A DNA stretch of 64,000 bases, from the NCBI GenBank assembly GCA_965285935.1, contig OZ260663.1, forward strand, positions 75,268,001 through 75,332,000, written 5' to 3'. Below the pieces are notes generated by a model. The model did no database searches, was not told where the DNA came from, and saw only the letters and a program-made list of their open reading frames with translations. This document shows positions 1 through 16,000 of this stretch, piece after piece. Both the position numbers and the translations under genes were made by a program. Source of the DNA: Ophelia neglecta (taxonomy: Eukaryota). Within the stretch, counting starts at the first letter, position 1; each line of letters starts with the position of its first letter.

Positions 1-72
1 ATGGAAGCCTTTTAAGATGACGGTCATGACGGGGAGAAAACAACAAAGACACAGTTAGGCAGACATACTTAC

Positions 73-154
73 GCAGTGTACATGCGAGTCATAAACCACT
101 ACTCTGTATAAGATGAATGATTAGAGGAGGGAGTCTTCTGAGACCAAAGGCAAT
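73..154 (-). other. Candidate exon of the same minus-strand gene (UTR, possibly with start MTRMYT...)
   Basis: It has a ctcttcag acceptor and a GC|gtaagt donor. All three frames have stops, but a late ATG stays open to the donor. Confidence 0.35.
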
Positions 155-840
155 CTGAAGAGTGCCTCACTGAATAAACTGGTAGTTCTGTTTTTTAGCA
201 ACTGATGCATGGTTCTACAGTGAAAATAGCACAAAAGTGCACAATAAGTCATGAAATAGTTTATGCACATGTAAATGCACATAGCATATATCATATTCCA
301 CAAGGCATTACAATGACATATTTGTTTTAGCAGACTGAACTTAAAAATACCCTTGTCAAGTTCAAGGTCCATTTCTGATGGAGAACTTCAAAATACACAT
401 ATTTATTTTGGTAAGTCTACCTGAGTGTACTATAACACCACCAAAATGAATAGGTATTGGAAATCAGGATACTGACCTTCGAAGTAGGTCAAGGTCAAAT
501 CTTAGGTCACCACTAAAAGATTCTTTGTATATATGACTTGTTTACTTTGGGCCAGCAATACCTATGAAGATGACACTAGCTAGTTTGAAAGAGTTGGGTT
601 AAAAACTACACATAGCCTGTACTGAATATCATGAAGCTGAGAAATAACATTCCTGCATTTTTTTGCTTAAAAATGGACTTTCAGTAGCCAAACATTCATC
701 ATGACTAGACAATTTTGAAAATCAATTTGTCTGTTATACATTACTTTAACAGGACTTTATTTTTTGCAATTAAGTGAACCTCTCAAATTTGATCCAATTC
801 AGTTGAGGCTTACCGGTACATACCTATCAACGTACATACA

Positions 841-1013
841 CACTGAAACCTGGGAATTGAGACCAAACATAGGGGCTGGACAATACTGGTCTGATAAAAG
901 CAGGTGGTCTGTTTAGACAGGTTACTTTACACTAAAAAGATAGTTTTAATATTAGTTGTCTGAATTTACTGGTGGTCTGATTTTAGAGGAGGTCACTAAG
1001 GAAGGTTTCACTG
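841..1013. mobile_element. Third, inverted and more diverged copy of the same MITE
   Basis: It reads CACTGAAACCTG...GGTGGTCTG repeats...AGGTTTCACTG. Confidence 0.7.
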
Positions 1014-4000
1014 CAAAAGGAACAAAAAGTCAATGCCTAAGTATGTGTTGAATAATAAGAGCAGTACAATAAAGAGCAATAAGACACTGTCCAGTTACCT
1101 GGCAAATAGCCTCGAACACAGAACATTGATCCCTACAGCCCATCCCAAATTAAGTATTGCTTTTATGTAATCCCTCTAGTTGACTTGGGGATTTTTTTAT
1201 GCTTATTCTAAAGCAATTTCTATTCATCTTCTTTTTAGTCTATATCTGTATGTACATGTACAAATTAACACTAGTTTCACAAGCATTCCCTGAAAATGAA
1301 TAGCCTTTTTCACACATCCTCTGTTTATTTTCCTTTTTTAAAAAAGATTAAAACTTGGAAAATTGTCTGAATAATCTCTTCCCCTATTAAAACATTAATT
1401 TAGCAGCACCAGGATTACATAACTGAACAGAAGTTTGCAGATTGATTGACAGACAAACTTTGTTTATTTTACTCTACATTTGGCACATTGAGCCGACTAG
1501 TGAACTAGTGGCCATTTAAACGTCTATTTTAAAGGTTAAACGTCTAATTTGGTGAAATAATTTTGTGGTCTTAATTCCATGGCACCTATTAAATGTTCAT
1601 AAACCCACTGCAATGAACAATTTCTTGGTATATTCAGTATAAATATGAACAAAACTAAAAAGAAATAACCTACAAACTTGCCATGTTCAAGTGAGGAAGA
1701 CAACTATAGGGTGTAAGTTAGATTTAATTCATTTACATGTATACCCAATAAATTTAGCCCTGACCGAATGTTATTTCACATTTCAAAGAAACCAAAAGTA
1801 TCCATTAACAATTTGTTGGTTATTTTTTAAAAAGTAACTTTCAGCTATGGAAAGGGACAGTGTGTTAGCCTGCTAAATATCAATGCAAATGAAGTTGAGG
1901 TCAAGTTGGATGAATTACACTTTTGCTCCTGTGTCAGTTTGGTTGCCATAAAGCACAAAGGGGAATCTTGATCTCCATGCTAATAGGAGCAAGGACACAC
2001 AGGCTATCTCTGATTGCCCCTTGTGTCAATAGGCGGGAAATGTATGAATGTTCATGAGGAAAAAATCCCAATAGGTCAAAAAGACTAAGCTCATAGACCC
2101 AGAAGGCTTGGGTAAATCAATGAAATCTGAGTCGGTTGGGCCAACGCACCGATCGCACTAACTGAAGGACAATTTGATATGGGCCCTAAGATACTGATAT
2201 GGACACAAACTGTATGGACACTTCCTATTCCTCAGAGTCAATGTACCATTTACAGTCACATAAAACAAGTCAGAAATGCCAGAGATAATCAATTCTTTTT
2301 CTGTTGCAATGACAATGACATTTTTCCATTTATTCATCGCCTAATCTCCGACGGATTCCTTGTCAAAATACAATCACTCTGGAGATGAGTTGACTACCAA
2401 CTTTGTCCATATATGGGTGAATGCAGTCAATTGCACTTGGAACACAATGGTTGATCATTTTCAAAGAACTTAAGATGAATAGGATAAAGGATGAGCAATG
2501 CTTCCTAAAAATGGCACCATTGCATATTGACAGGAACAATTCATTATTTTCAATATGTATGTATAGATGTGAAAATGTACATTGTGGTAAATTATTATTT
2601 TCAATTCCCATATATATTTGATTGCATGTATATCTTGTATACATGCACTGTACATGTATATAGTGAAACTTGTTTCCTACAAATGTCGTCTGGAGAACTT
2701 TTAAGGCAGTTTGTATGCTATGCAGCCCTTTTAGTTATAGCCTTGCGGTATAGCATGAGGTTTGATATGGCAAAGAACACCTGTCATCATGCATACAGTA
2801 TCAACTCTCCGTCTGCTCCTCATAACTTACCGATACAGGACCAGGGTAAGACTCCCTCTCAGTTCTAGCAGACCACAGCCAGGGTCACAGTCTATAAACT
2901 TGTGTAGGACTTATAGGTATGCACAAGATTTACCATTAAGTGAGAGAGCTGCTGCCGACCCAGAAGAATATGAAACATTAAAGATGCTAAATCTAAGCTA
3001 TAACAATTGATGAGCAACACTCTTAAGGGAGCCTTTAAAAACTTACAAATCCAGTTGGGACTCTCATCCCTGTAAATAAATTACCATCCAAGGACTGCAT
3101 TGCTTGCTTCTTCCTCCAAGGACTACTTTTCTGCGGCGATGTGCTGATACAATGGCTCTCCGCTCCGCTCAAGTGCCAGTCCATTGATAGCAAACACAGC
3201 ATAATTGATACCTCCCCAAGTATCACTGGACTAAGAGAACATGACCCATTTACCATCATGGAGATACACAATATACTGTTAGGCAACTGATCAGTAAGAA
3301 AAAGCATTTATGCAGCTTTTTAACTTATTGTATTCTTGCAGTTGCATATCACTCCTTGAAAATGTTCACCAGAATATTATCACAAAATATTTTAACCCTT
3401 GTTAAACTGTTAAACATTCTGCAGGTAATGTAGCTAATATGAACAGTCTACAAAAACTAGGTCTAGCTTTCCTTTGCCATTTGGTTTAAATGTGTACATG
3501 AAGGTTGGCTAGGTGATTGTTGCAGGAGCTTGGGGCTCTCTCTGAGCATAGTTGGCCATGCATCATAACACCATCTCATCCACTGTGGGACCCTAATGGG
3601 CAAGAATCTCCATTCCATATATATTAGCCACCGCTAAACAGGAGTTTGCTCACCAGTGGGGTCAATAGAAGGCCTAAGGTGGAAGGTACAATACGTGTTC
3701 ATACCTACCTGATGTTGCCACTACCATTGTGGCCTGCCATAACCACCATCCCATTATCCTAATAAAAGTGGGATGAGGAAGGAAGACCTCGGAGGAGGAG
3801 CAAGTTGATAAACTGTAGTCACCTTGGCAAGTGAAGATGGAACATGTGAGACCAGCTTAGGACATCACTAAATTAATATAATATTCAGCTGTTGTAGAGT
3901 AGGCTGCTGGGCTCCCTAACTCAACCAAATTCAGTCATCCAGATTAACAGAATATGTTTATTGTACATTGAAAACTCACATTTACCACTGTATGGTAAGA

Positions 4001-7000
4001 CTTCTGTGTAGTTAAAATTCATGCTAGACAATATTATACCATTTTGAATTTGATAGTGTTGAAAATGCAACAACCTGGTGAATAGAGTGTTTTGATAACT
4101 GTAATGTTGAAGTATATATAAGATTTCTAATTATGATCAGGGGAAAAATACAATACAGTTAAAAACAGGTATTAATTAATTATACTACAAAGTTTATATG
4201 AGCAAAATTCTTATTTGAAATTCTACCAAATTGATTAATTTGAGCTTTGAAATACAAAAATAGAATTTCTTTTACATCTAGCTTTCTGTATGCAAATTTT
4301 CAATATTTCACCAGAGAAAAATAGGATGGCGCAGACTATTGCATATGAGACCGGAAAACAAATTTTGAAAGGCTGCAGTTTCAGTGGCAAAAATAATATA
4401 AAAAACACTCTTTTTTTATTGGACATACCAATATGCCGATACCTGTGGGTTTATAAACCAAGGAATCAAAACATGAATGCCCAAAATGTTTTAACTGTAC
4501 ATAAAATGCTATAATAAAAAGAACCATGAAGTCCTGAATGAATCCACGTACATTCCAATTTGTAATATCACATGATACATGTATTACATCACATAATATG
4601 AAGTCCTCTTAAGTGACATCACCAGAGTCAATGTCACCTTGCTCAGATTGTCACAGCAATCATGAAAACTCTAACCTGACAAATGAATTATATATTTCTG
4701 AAATTTAAGTTTATTTGTTGAAAAACACCAAATTTGCATTTTCTTGTAAATAAGTTATATGTGTTTTTCTATATACTTTCCAAATTCTCAAAGCCCTTTT
4801 CTTCATCTTACATCTGCCTATAATGATCACTTGTAATGATTTGAATTGCAACCTTTCAATGGTTTTATTGAGTATTGACTTGAAATTTAATTAATAATCA
4901 ATCCATTGCTGCATTTATTTAAAGTGTCAGGTTATTATTCATAAAAATACATACCTGATTACCAGCCTGTTCAACTACCAGTAAACTTGTACTCTGTATA
5001 GCAAAATTCAGTTTCATGTCAGACTCTACGAGTGATTTATCTGGATGTCTAGTGCTTGAAATCAAGTTTGTAATTAAGGCAAAGGTTCCTTTTTGTCCAG
5101 CCTGTTTAAAGTGCTATTAGCCTGTAGTTTACTCAGTTCGACCAGACATGAGCCCAGATTGGAAGCTGTGTCTTTAGTCATCCCAGTCACAAGCATGTAC
5201 AAATCACTTTTTTAATGGTCCTTACATTTATCGAAGGACCCACACGGGCTGAGTGCAGTGCATGTATTGAGGGAGACCCGTCACACGCACACAGGGCAAG
5301 ATACCATTCTCCTGATTTCAACACCAATAACCCATCAACAGGAACAGCAAGGACAACAAAAATGTTTTACTGAGACAAAATCTAGTATTCATGGGAGGAA
5401 TTCTCAACAGTCGAGCAAAGTAATTGGTGAGGTTGCATCATGACTTGGTTTTGAATCTCCTTTCTAAGATACCATATTGTAGTTATTCCTTTAATAATTG
5501 TGTCATGTCCCCAGGAAATAGCCAATGGCACTTTTATGCTTACCCATACTAAACTAACATCCATGTACATCTTAATGTGCATGACCTTGTACATGCTTAA
5601 CAAATATACCTAATTTCTAATTATAAGCTAATTAAAACATAGTCTGAAAAAATCTTAGGGCCAGCAATTTGTACTCATCATTGGATCAGTTGCCTGATTT
5701 AAGAAAGATAAAGAAGAAAATTGGGCTATAATCATATAAAAAACATTCACTTTTAAGACTATTGTTCAAATGTTCAGCCTCCCAGCCTACGTATATCAAG
5801 ACAATTCTCAGTGAGGTAACTATTGATTTAGATCAAATACAGAGAGCAAAGAGAAATTGCAAGTACTTATATATATATCAACTAGATCTGTTGAGCAAAG
5901 ATTTATGGAATGGCTGAAATATTTGAAGAAAAAGAATTTGATTTCTGATACGGCAGTGAAATTATACACTGTTGATTATAAACCCACATGTATTTACCTA
6001 AATCAATATTTAGATAACACAGAAAAAGTACCTGTGACTGTTTTCATTACAAGCTCTGGTTCAATAGCAGCAGCAGATTATTAAAACTCGCATACACAAC
6101 TGCCGCTGACATTCTCAATCCTAAACCCTAATTCTATGCTATTCATTGTCCAACAAACATGATTCAACAAGCTAAAATTAGCTTGCTAATTGTGTTTTCA
6201 CTCTTTTTTGAAGAATTATTAGCAAGCAAAATTAGACTAAGCTTAAATAAATCTCCTACCTTCTGATAAGCCTGAGCATTTGTGCCAGCGTCGAGATAGA
6301 GGTTTAACGTAGCTATTGATCGGAGGATGCAGTCAATTTCCTCGGCACAGACAACTCACAAAGTGTATTTCCAACATTCTCTACGATCATATCAGCCAAA
6401 CACAATTACAGTGATCAGAGTGGAATGAATAAATTCACTCAAATGGGGTGTTTTCACATGTATTTCTCGAGTGTTATCACCTCTGGAGGGTAACAATCAG
6501 TGTGGAGCGTCGCAAGTCACACTCATATTCTGGTATTGTGTAAACGCAGATGATACTTAGAATTCACACTTTGTGTACAGCAAATCAGAATATCAGAAAT
6601 TTTCAAATCCAAATAATCTAAGAAATGTTGAATTAAAAGTGTGTACCTCTAAGATAATGCTGGCACAAGAAAACTAACACATACCATTTGCTGCTATGTA
6701 ATGTACCTGCATGCTTTGTATGATACAGCAGTATTGGAAAAGACCATTGTCTCTTAATAAGAGAAACAATGAATTTACATGCAAATGGGGCTACTTGTCT
6801 ATTTTCCTCTTCAAATAACACCCATCTACATGTAATTACAGTATAGAGTAGTCAATGGTTTCCCTTGCTTGTTACCACCTTTGAGGTTTCCTCTCACTGT
6901 ATAGCAGCTTCCGGTAAGATAATAGATGGTGGAATTTAGAAGACAATTCTCATAGTGGGCAGGAGTTTGCTAACGCTCAGATGACTTGTCACACTGGGTG

Positions 7001-10000
7001 GGAGCAATACACGATACCTGTCACTCTAGCATCCGCAATCTAAGTCAGTTGGCAGCACTTTGTGAAAATCTCATGCAATGCCATGTTCCAAGTCGCTCGA
7101 TCTTCTGCTGCAAACTGGCCAAGCCTTCGTAAACGATGTTGGACATTAGACTGCAGCATCCAGTCTGACATGTACAAGTGTGTGGAGAAGTAGTCAATGT
7201 TTCCCAGCAGATTCAGCAAAACTGCCACCCAAAGTTGACCATTTGTCAACTAAACTGGTAATCAAACTAGAGGACAGTTGTTAATAGTGTATCCTTGAAA
7301 AGGTTCGTTACTGTACAAGTATACAGGAAGACTTAATTCAGTCATCCACCTCCAAATCCAATGGAATTAACTGTAGAAAGATTCAATGAAACACTCGGGA
7401 GAAGCCCAAGCGAGCTGAGACAGTTTCAATAGCAGACAACAAGATTAGTGTAAAGAGCTTTTAGCTCTAGCCTCTCAGCGACAGCTTTGCTATCAATTCC
7501 GTCACCACACAGGCTTCTTAATGCTAAGAGCCTACCAGAAATGTGTCCGATTTGCATCAGCGTGTGACAGAAGTGTGACTGCATACGGCAACCCACTGCA
7601 TTGTATGTGGGCCGGGGAGAGAACTGTCTGTGGGACCATCTTGCTGGCTCACTCGCAGTGCCGGAGGAATCAATATGACCTGCAAGTGATCGGCAAGGCA
7701 TTACCCGGCAGTGATCACTGGGGCTGAATGGGGCTGAAAGCTAGAAGGTAGTAGGCCATACTTACCTCAAGTCCTCATTTCACACCTTAGGTGGCAATTG
7801 ATGGTAGGACCAGCCCACCTTAAAGGGAATGTACATGTAGGCCATTTTCTGGACCTAATTTTAATGCCACTAGCAGTTATCCAAAAACAACTGTAGAACA
7901 TGAAACTTTGCCCTGCATTAAATTTTTGCTATTTTGTCAAACAGTACATATTTTAATGGAAAATTTAATTTTGCCCATTCTGGGAAATTTGATGTTTTAC
8001 ATTTTCATTTTTCTTCTATATTACTGGTAAGTGGTTGAGTGACCTACATTTCAATCTTTTTAACCAATGATAAACTAATATCAGTGCAAGCCTCATTTTT
8101 GACAGGAGTATAACGGACCAGACAACAAGTTAAACCATTTTTGTTGTTGTCTTAGGGACCACCATAGGCCAAGATTATTCCTAGGATGGCTTCATTGAAA
8201 TGAGATGAAATAATAGATCTTGGCAGCTTGGGGGCCTACAAAAATGAAAAACTCATGAAATGCTCTAGCCTGGCACAACTAATAGCTTCAACTGTGGTTG
8301 AGTCGAAATTAGAGGACTTAATCAGTGTCAGCCCCCGCTCGTTATGATAACCAATCATCTTGTTGCACTTCACCATTACATTACAAAAAGAGGCAGTCGA
8401 TTTCCTTGGGAGAACGGCAGTGAGTGATGGGAGAAGTGTCGAATGGTCATGAGGAGCTGAACGAGGAAACCTGTTGGGGATGACAAACTCGAAGCAAAAA
8501 ACTCACGCAAAGTGGTGGAAAGACTGATAGCACTAGGGCGGGTTTTCTACAAAACCTATTAGGCAAGCATGTATGATATTGATGGCAATTGCTTTCTAAT
8601 TATGGGCAGGAGAATTATAAATAAATCATATTGCATTAAAAAAAATAGCTGAACTCTCTTGGTCAGACCAATGTGAATAAGAATTTCTAAAGGAAATAAG
8701 TCTAAGAGCATCTACATTATATACCTTAAACATGTACAAAATACTATTTACTTCTCTCCGATCTACATTGTATGTCACTATTTAAAGTGAGACAAGGACA
8801 ATTTAATTAGGATCATATGATGAATTTGTTCAAGATGTCTAATTTGATGTTTGTTATCACATTCAATGACCTAGCCAGCTTATTCTATCCTGTATAAGTA
8901 GATCTGATGTAAACTAGCAGTGAGACACCTGGGACTGACATGGCCCTGACTTAGGTCATGTACAGCTGTAAATTCCCCTGACAAAGTGACATAAAACAGA
9001 GCAAGGGATTATAAACCTGGGTTTAGAATGTTGCAAGGGAATAGCAGCCACAAATGATCATTCCTGGCCTTGAACTTATGATTCTTGTCATTTGTTTCCC
9101 AAATGAAAAATGAAACCTCCTCCTTCACCATGGCTGAGGTGATTCAGGTTGAAATTCATACCATACATATCAATCTCCCTTGAGAGTTAATTTTCCTTTG
9201 GTATAACATCATCTGGGTACACCTTCCACCCGAATGAAGCCTACAAAAGTAATGCCCTGCCTGGATGAAAGCAAATTGTCAGCACAGCACAGATCAAGTG
9301 CCAGGGTCAAGCCATTATGAGGCTTGTGGAGACTCATCACCCAAGTCAGCAATTGTTTTGAACACCCCATTGTGGCAGCACTATATCGGAGTTATAGACA
9401 TTGGACGTAGAGGAATTGCCGGCAAAGACAGCCATAAGCCTGCATAATAGCTGTGTGAAGCCTTAACCTGTTTGGCAAAGAAACCATCAATGTGGTGCAA
9501 ATAATCTGTAAAACCAACAATTAAGGGTGATAATCACACATTACACTTGAGATAACAGTCAGAAGACTGAGATCTGCTTGTCTTCATGTATACATGTATA
9601 AGGCCTGAGAGTTAACCACATTGTTCTCATTTAATCCAGAGAGTCTCGGTATTGACATCCAATAGATAACACTTAAATGTATTCAAAAAAAGTAATTAAT
9701 ACTAATTAAATTTAGCTGTATATAAATGCACATATAATTAAATATATAAGTAAGTATGAATTGGGAAGGTGGAAACTTTGCCTTCACCATTGGTGTAAGA
9801 TATAATGTTAATTATTATGCTACACTATATTGGATTCAATATCTGATATGCAAAATAGGGTAGTATCCATTGTAGCTTTGGTTTTTCTCATTATTTTCAA
9901 ATTTCTATACAATAACTAATATATTGAATTTGCACTGATTGATTTGAGTCATTATATCAAAGATTATTATGATTGATTCCCTCAATGCCCTTGTTTCTAT

Positions 10001-13000
10001 TTTGAAAAAAAAAAGTTACAAATAGTTTTTCTCACTAAAATTCTACAATGGCTTTCAAAAGCCAAACTGTCAGCAGGCATGCTGCACTTCACCATATAAC
10101 CTTATGACGTCTGACTATCCCTCCAATGGGGGTACTAAAAGTTACTCAGATTCAATTATCAGAACTGTATCACCAAGTGTCATACATAATGCATATCATA
10201 GAATAAACCATGCAATAATGAAATTGCTTCCAGTAAAAAAAATCATGAATATATTAATAAATGAATGTAAATTTTTATATTAAGTTATGTCACTTGGGAG
10301 TTAAGCATACACGTTTCTCCCAAATTGTTGCCAATTCACCTCTAACTTATGTAAATAAATCTTTCCCACTGTCATCAGAGTAGATTTATGTCGTCGTTTC
10401 CCACTGGACAACAACATCAGTCTCCTCATGGCTCCAATGGTCATTCTGTCTGTCTTAATCTGTCACATGGTACTTGACTTCTCATTTGGGGCCCATCAGC
10501 TTAGTAATGATAGGCCGACCAGAAAATATAGCAGTCCCTTATCAAAGTGGCCCTGTTATATACTGTATATATTTTATTCAACTTTTTAGTAGGATAAAAG
10601 TGTATTGACCGTCTTTAGGCATACTGAAAGCCATTAAGGCCCATATCAATCAGTGTCAGTAAAGAATAACTTCATGGTCCATTTAGCTAGACTCTGTTAG
10701 TGGGAAGTCATGTGATATTGCGACACTCTTTTCAGAAACCCATGCAATTTCGGTTACTAAAACATTAGGCATAAATGTTTGCCTGCTGAAAATATTGATA
10801 AATTTGATCACTCTCAATAATTTCTCAGCTTACATTAATTTGAGTGAAAAAGATCAGAAACTAAAAGGCCAAAAGTATCTCATACAGGTCAATCAGCTTT
10901 GAAATTTATACAATGTACATGTATGTATAATAAATGGAAATTTAGGGTTTGGAATCCATGCAGTAGATATCGAAGGCTTATACAGATGAGTCTATATATA
11001 TATATGTACATGGGGGAAAAACAGTCTTGGTATTGAAATTAATAAACAAATATAAAAAATTACAATGGTTTGTCCTTGTGACATTTTTTTTATTCATTTA
11101 GTATGAAGAACTAATATATTCTTTCGATATTCAATCTTCATTAAAACGAATAAGATGCTATGCTATGATAAATGCACTAATTAAATGTACAGGTTAAGAT
11201 AGGGGAGATATTTGTAGGTTTGCTATAAGACTTGCCCCCACCTTGAGTCTCTGACCCTCTCTATACATGCTTGCTTTGCAGTGCTGCGGGCAGGTGAGCC
11301 CTATTGTTATTTGTATTTTAGGTGTGACCCAGAGCTTGGAGGGACATTGTGTAAATTATATATTATGTGCACTATTATTCTTTCATATTAACATTAATTT
11401 CAGCTTTGTGACAAGAAGATATAAAAGTTGGATTGATAGGATTATATTAGTATAATGAGACAAGCTTTATTCATCAATATGTGAAAGTTCTCATGTTGTG
11501 TCAATTAATAAAAAAAATTAAAGCTAAGAAGAGCAACTCTTTCTTCATTACTTCCCTACTGTTCCCAAATTCCCTTTTTACCTCCACATTTAGCTCTGCT
11601 GCAGACATGCAGTCTAGACAGAGAAAAAGTCCAATTATCCTCCAAAACAGGGAATATGCTATCAAACATTGTTCTATCACACACAAACCTAGTATTCTTG
11701 AGGTGACAGATTGAGCCCAGCAGAAAATAATAGTCATTTTCAACTCATCACTTTCATAGCCGCATTACCCACATATTAAGGAACATAAAAATGGTGATCA
11801 TGAGATGAATCAAAGGTAGTCCTCAGTCCAACCATTAGAATACAAAACTATACAGCAGACAGTACTTCCTTTGTTCAAATTATCACACAGTCAGCGATAC
11901 ATCATCATGTAGCATGAGTTAAATTCCGGAAAAGGAAAAAAAAAGATAATATGGCATCTACAAAATGCACAGTATGTTGAGATGTGGAAATCACAGAATA
12001 GGAATTTAGCATAAAACACCAGATCGCTCAATCAGACAGCAATAAAATTTCTACAACTTTTTCTGGTATTATCGATATTTTACAAATGAATTTAAAGCTA
12101 TTAAAATGTTAAACAGGACACTTTTGTTTGCCGCAAAAGGTGTCTAGTAGAATTTGCTCACGTCAAATGTTTATGAGGAATCCTAGTCAAGGCAGGTTTT
12201 TCTCCAGTTATTAAACACTTCATTAAAATAAATCAGGGCACTAGCACAAGAATGGGTTTGTCAACTCACCTTCAAGTAGCCCATATCACATGAACACTGT
12301 GATAAAACCAGTGGTCAGAAATATGAAAAACACTCAATTGGATCTAATACATGATTAGATCAACTCTTTCTTTTTCAGGTCTAGAAAATAAACTTTGCAC
12401 CAAACTTAAGGATGCATCTTGTGTTGGAATAATAACGTTCCTTTAGATATGACTTCAATCATAAAAATCCAAATATAAACTATGGCCAAAAATAGGTCAA
12501 GGTCAAATTGGATGAAATGACTAAAACAATGGTATATTGTATCTTTTACATGCTGGCAATATCTTTATATAAATAGACTAGCTGATTTAAGCAAAAACAT
12601 TTTATATTGTTGCAAATGTCACTAAAAACAAGTATTCTAAGTGCTGATGGAAAATAGGATAAAAAATGCTTTAAACATTTTTTTTTTATTATTTGTTTTT
12701 ACCATTTAGTTTGTATCTGGGAATTAGTCAGCCTGCTTATTTGACCGCCAAAAATGGCTAAATATAAGGGAAAAGGTGCCAACATTATAATATCACTGAC
12801 TCATTGTGTACTTGGACCTTATGTACCAAATCTGGCTGTTACCTGTGCAAACTATTTGCCTAAATTTGTTTAATACATACACTGATATGGCTGGTCTGTA
12901 CATGCAGTTGCAAGATGAACAGCATGTCCTAAGAAGAGAACGGCTTACAGAACCAGGTTTGCTGTATTTACCTAAGAAAATAATTGACATTTATATTCAT

Positions 13001-16000
13001 TAAGGGAACACTATAAATTTCCCTCTACACTCTTGATAAAAGCTACAGGTTAGAGTGTATCTTGTGTTATCATTCTTCTTCCTATTAGTACTAAACTCAT
13101 TGACTTACAGAAAAGGGCTGGACAGCTTGTAAATTACCTAAATGGAGGAATGGCAATATAATAAGGGTGCAACACCATCAGTTAAAGAGTGTCTAAACTG
13201 GTAATGTGTTTACACAAGGGGGTTCAAACTCTGGCAAAAGAAGACTTAGTAACAGATCCGTCCTAGCAGGACTCTAAAGTCCTTAGGAGTTCCAGTTGTA
13301 TTATTGCCTCAGATTTTACTGGGTCAATATGTGGGTCCATCTGCCATGACATAAATCCTGGCCATTCACAAAGCAGTCCCCATGGTAATAAGAACCTAAC
13401 CCATGTCCTGCTCTGCTCTGGTTGGTGGTTTTTGACAAACCTCCCGGGGCCTAGAGTTGGCTAGTTAGAGCAGGTAGTCCATTCAGCTGGCTAAATGATT
13501 GATCGCTTGTTACTGACCCCAGGTGAACAAAGCCATCCAGAATGTTAACTCCCACCCAGGAGCTTTATGTTAGCCATTGCTGAGTCAAAGGTTAAATTCA
13601 TCCTTCTTGTCTACATTATACCCACTGGGAAAAACTACTTATGTGCAAAAATTATATGATTTGGTATCTTAAATTTGACATGAAAGTTATAAATGAACTG
13701 TCTGGCATTAAATTGGCAGCTAGCAAAGATTTACCGATATCCATACCAATCATACATTATTAAGCAAGTTCCAGTATATTTGAGTATAATCAAGAGTGGC
13801 ATATTCATGTACATGACTATTAGGTTTATTACAGAATTCTCTGGTGCTTTCTGTTTTAGGGTTTGGAGACCATAATTATTTAAAATGTCATGAATTTCTC
13901 CACAATCCTATCCAAAAACAACAAAGGGCCCTCGGCAAAAAGGTCACGTCCTGGGCAGCATCACAGAGAGACCTTCAGAGAATAGGCCAGGGTATCAGAA
14001 TGTCAAACTCAACATGTCCTATCCATCAAACAATGACAGTCTCCACCCTACTATAATTACAATTCTGACCAGTGGGTATACTGTACCAAATCACATCAGC
14101 CCTGGCTATCTCTTCAGGGCAGAGGGTCAGGTCAGAGGTGACCTGTCTTACTACAGCTTTAATACTGTACAGCACAAAAATTAGTGCATGTATTTAATTT
14201 TGGATTGTTTCATGAAACCATTACTTTTGCGAAGATTGTTTGATTAAAGGAGGTTTCCCTATTTAGCTGGGTGCGGTACCAGGGTTTGTCGGCCAGTAAC
14301 CTGCAATGGGACTGGGCTGAATGCTTGTGGCACCTATAATAAACCCAGGACCCTGTCTTTGTTAATACCAAAATCCTCAATAGATTTGTTAGAGAAGTAT
14401 AACACCCTGGTCGTGGAAAAGGCTGCAAACTACTGCTATATGTCCACGGTGACAAATCAAGTGGCAGACAGACTTTTCATGCAACAACTAAAATGAATAG
14501 TAAGAACTAATACCACAATAAAAAAATGCCAGAAAAAACAACATATTGCCTTCCAGATATCACATATTTCTGAGAAAATCTATGATTAATTAAGAAAGTT
14601 GATGCTTCTGCTGCTAGGTGCTCTTCATGCAAACTGGGTGCAACAAATGAACCAGCACTCTGAAGCTTCTTGTCCCTCTGCATGCATGTACAATTCTTTG
14701 CGATGCCATGATCTATCTGACATTGACAACTGATAATGGCATGCAGCAGTGTTTAAAGATGAAAATAAATGACAATGTCCAAGCCCTAATTATATATATT
14801 ATATATCACATGTGTTACAACATAATAAAAGAAGTAACAAAACATAAAGTGAAATCAAGGAACTATTTCTAATTTTATAATCATCATTATAATATAAATA
14901 ACTAAGGGACAGGGATTATCCATTGCAAGCAAAACACTTACAAATGGTTCTAACATCAATGAATAACTAACAAAATGTATGTGGTATCAGTAACATTATC
15001 TGAGTCAGTATATATATCCACAGTCTGGTAAGTCCTGTGTCAACAAACTTGATGACTTTTAAGAGCTGCATATAACATTCCAAACAGTGACACAAGGGCA
15101 CACTTATGAATCTCAAGTCATCTTTAAATTAGCCAGATTGAGACTCGGCCAGAAAGCTATTGCTCTCTGCTCCAAGGAATTCACTGGGTTTCGAGTCCCA
15201 AGGCTCAGCTAACACTAAACATCGGAGGGCAGGTCTACTTCTTGTGAAGGGACATGGACGCAGCACAAGGGCTAGGGAGTATTCATGTTCATCTTGGAGG
15301 TGAAGGACCTTGACAAAATACGTGACATTAGGCGATGAATCAAACCGACAAACATACATGTCTTACATGGTTTCAAAACTTACATATATATGTACATGTA
15401 AAGTGTTCTACACAGGACTATAGAGAATGATGGTACTCTAGGGATCTATTTGACTCTTGCTGTGAATATGGGAAAAGCAATGGGCTATATCTACATGTTT
15501 ATACATAATCCAAAGCCCTAAGAAGGCTCAAATGCAATCTGCCTGTGTACAAACATGTACATTATAAGTATAGAAATAACACTCTGGGGAGCATATCTGG
15601 GAATGAAAGCAAGCACAGTGTTAATAAACATTTGACATTCTATAGCAGGGATCTTGAAGGTCAATTAATCAGTTCATACAACATTAACAAGAAACTTTTA
15701 AAGCTGTAAATTACTTTTTATAATTTTAAGCAGATTTTTATATTTACATCCTGAGCCAAATTAGATTATGACAAAATCTGCCATATTTATAACTTCCTGG
15801 ATACTAATGGCAACAGCTCTTGTATACTTCTTAGGCATTCAAGTATTGAAACCTGATTCACAAACCCATAAATAAAATGGACTTTTGTCAATCCTTTTTA
15901 TACTGACCGCTGGTCAATAAGCGTTACTATAATTTTCATTGGACATATGGACTGCATGTGCAGATTTGTATTAAGGCAGAGTGTAGTTAAGGTGGTGTGG

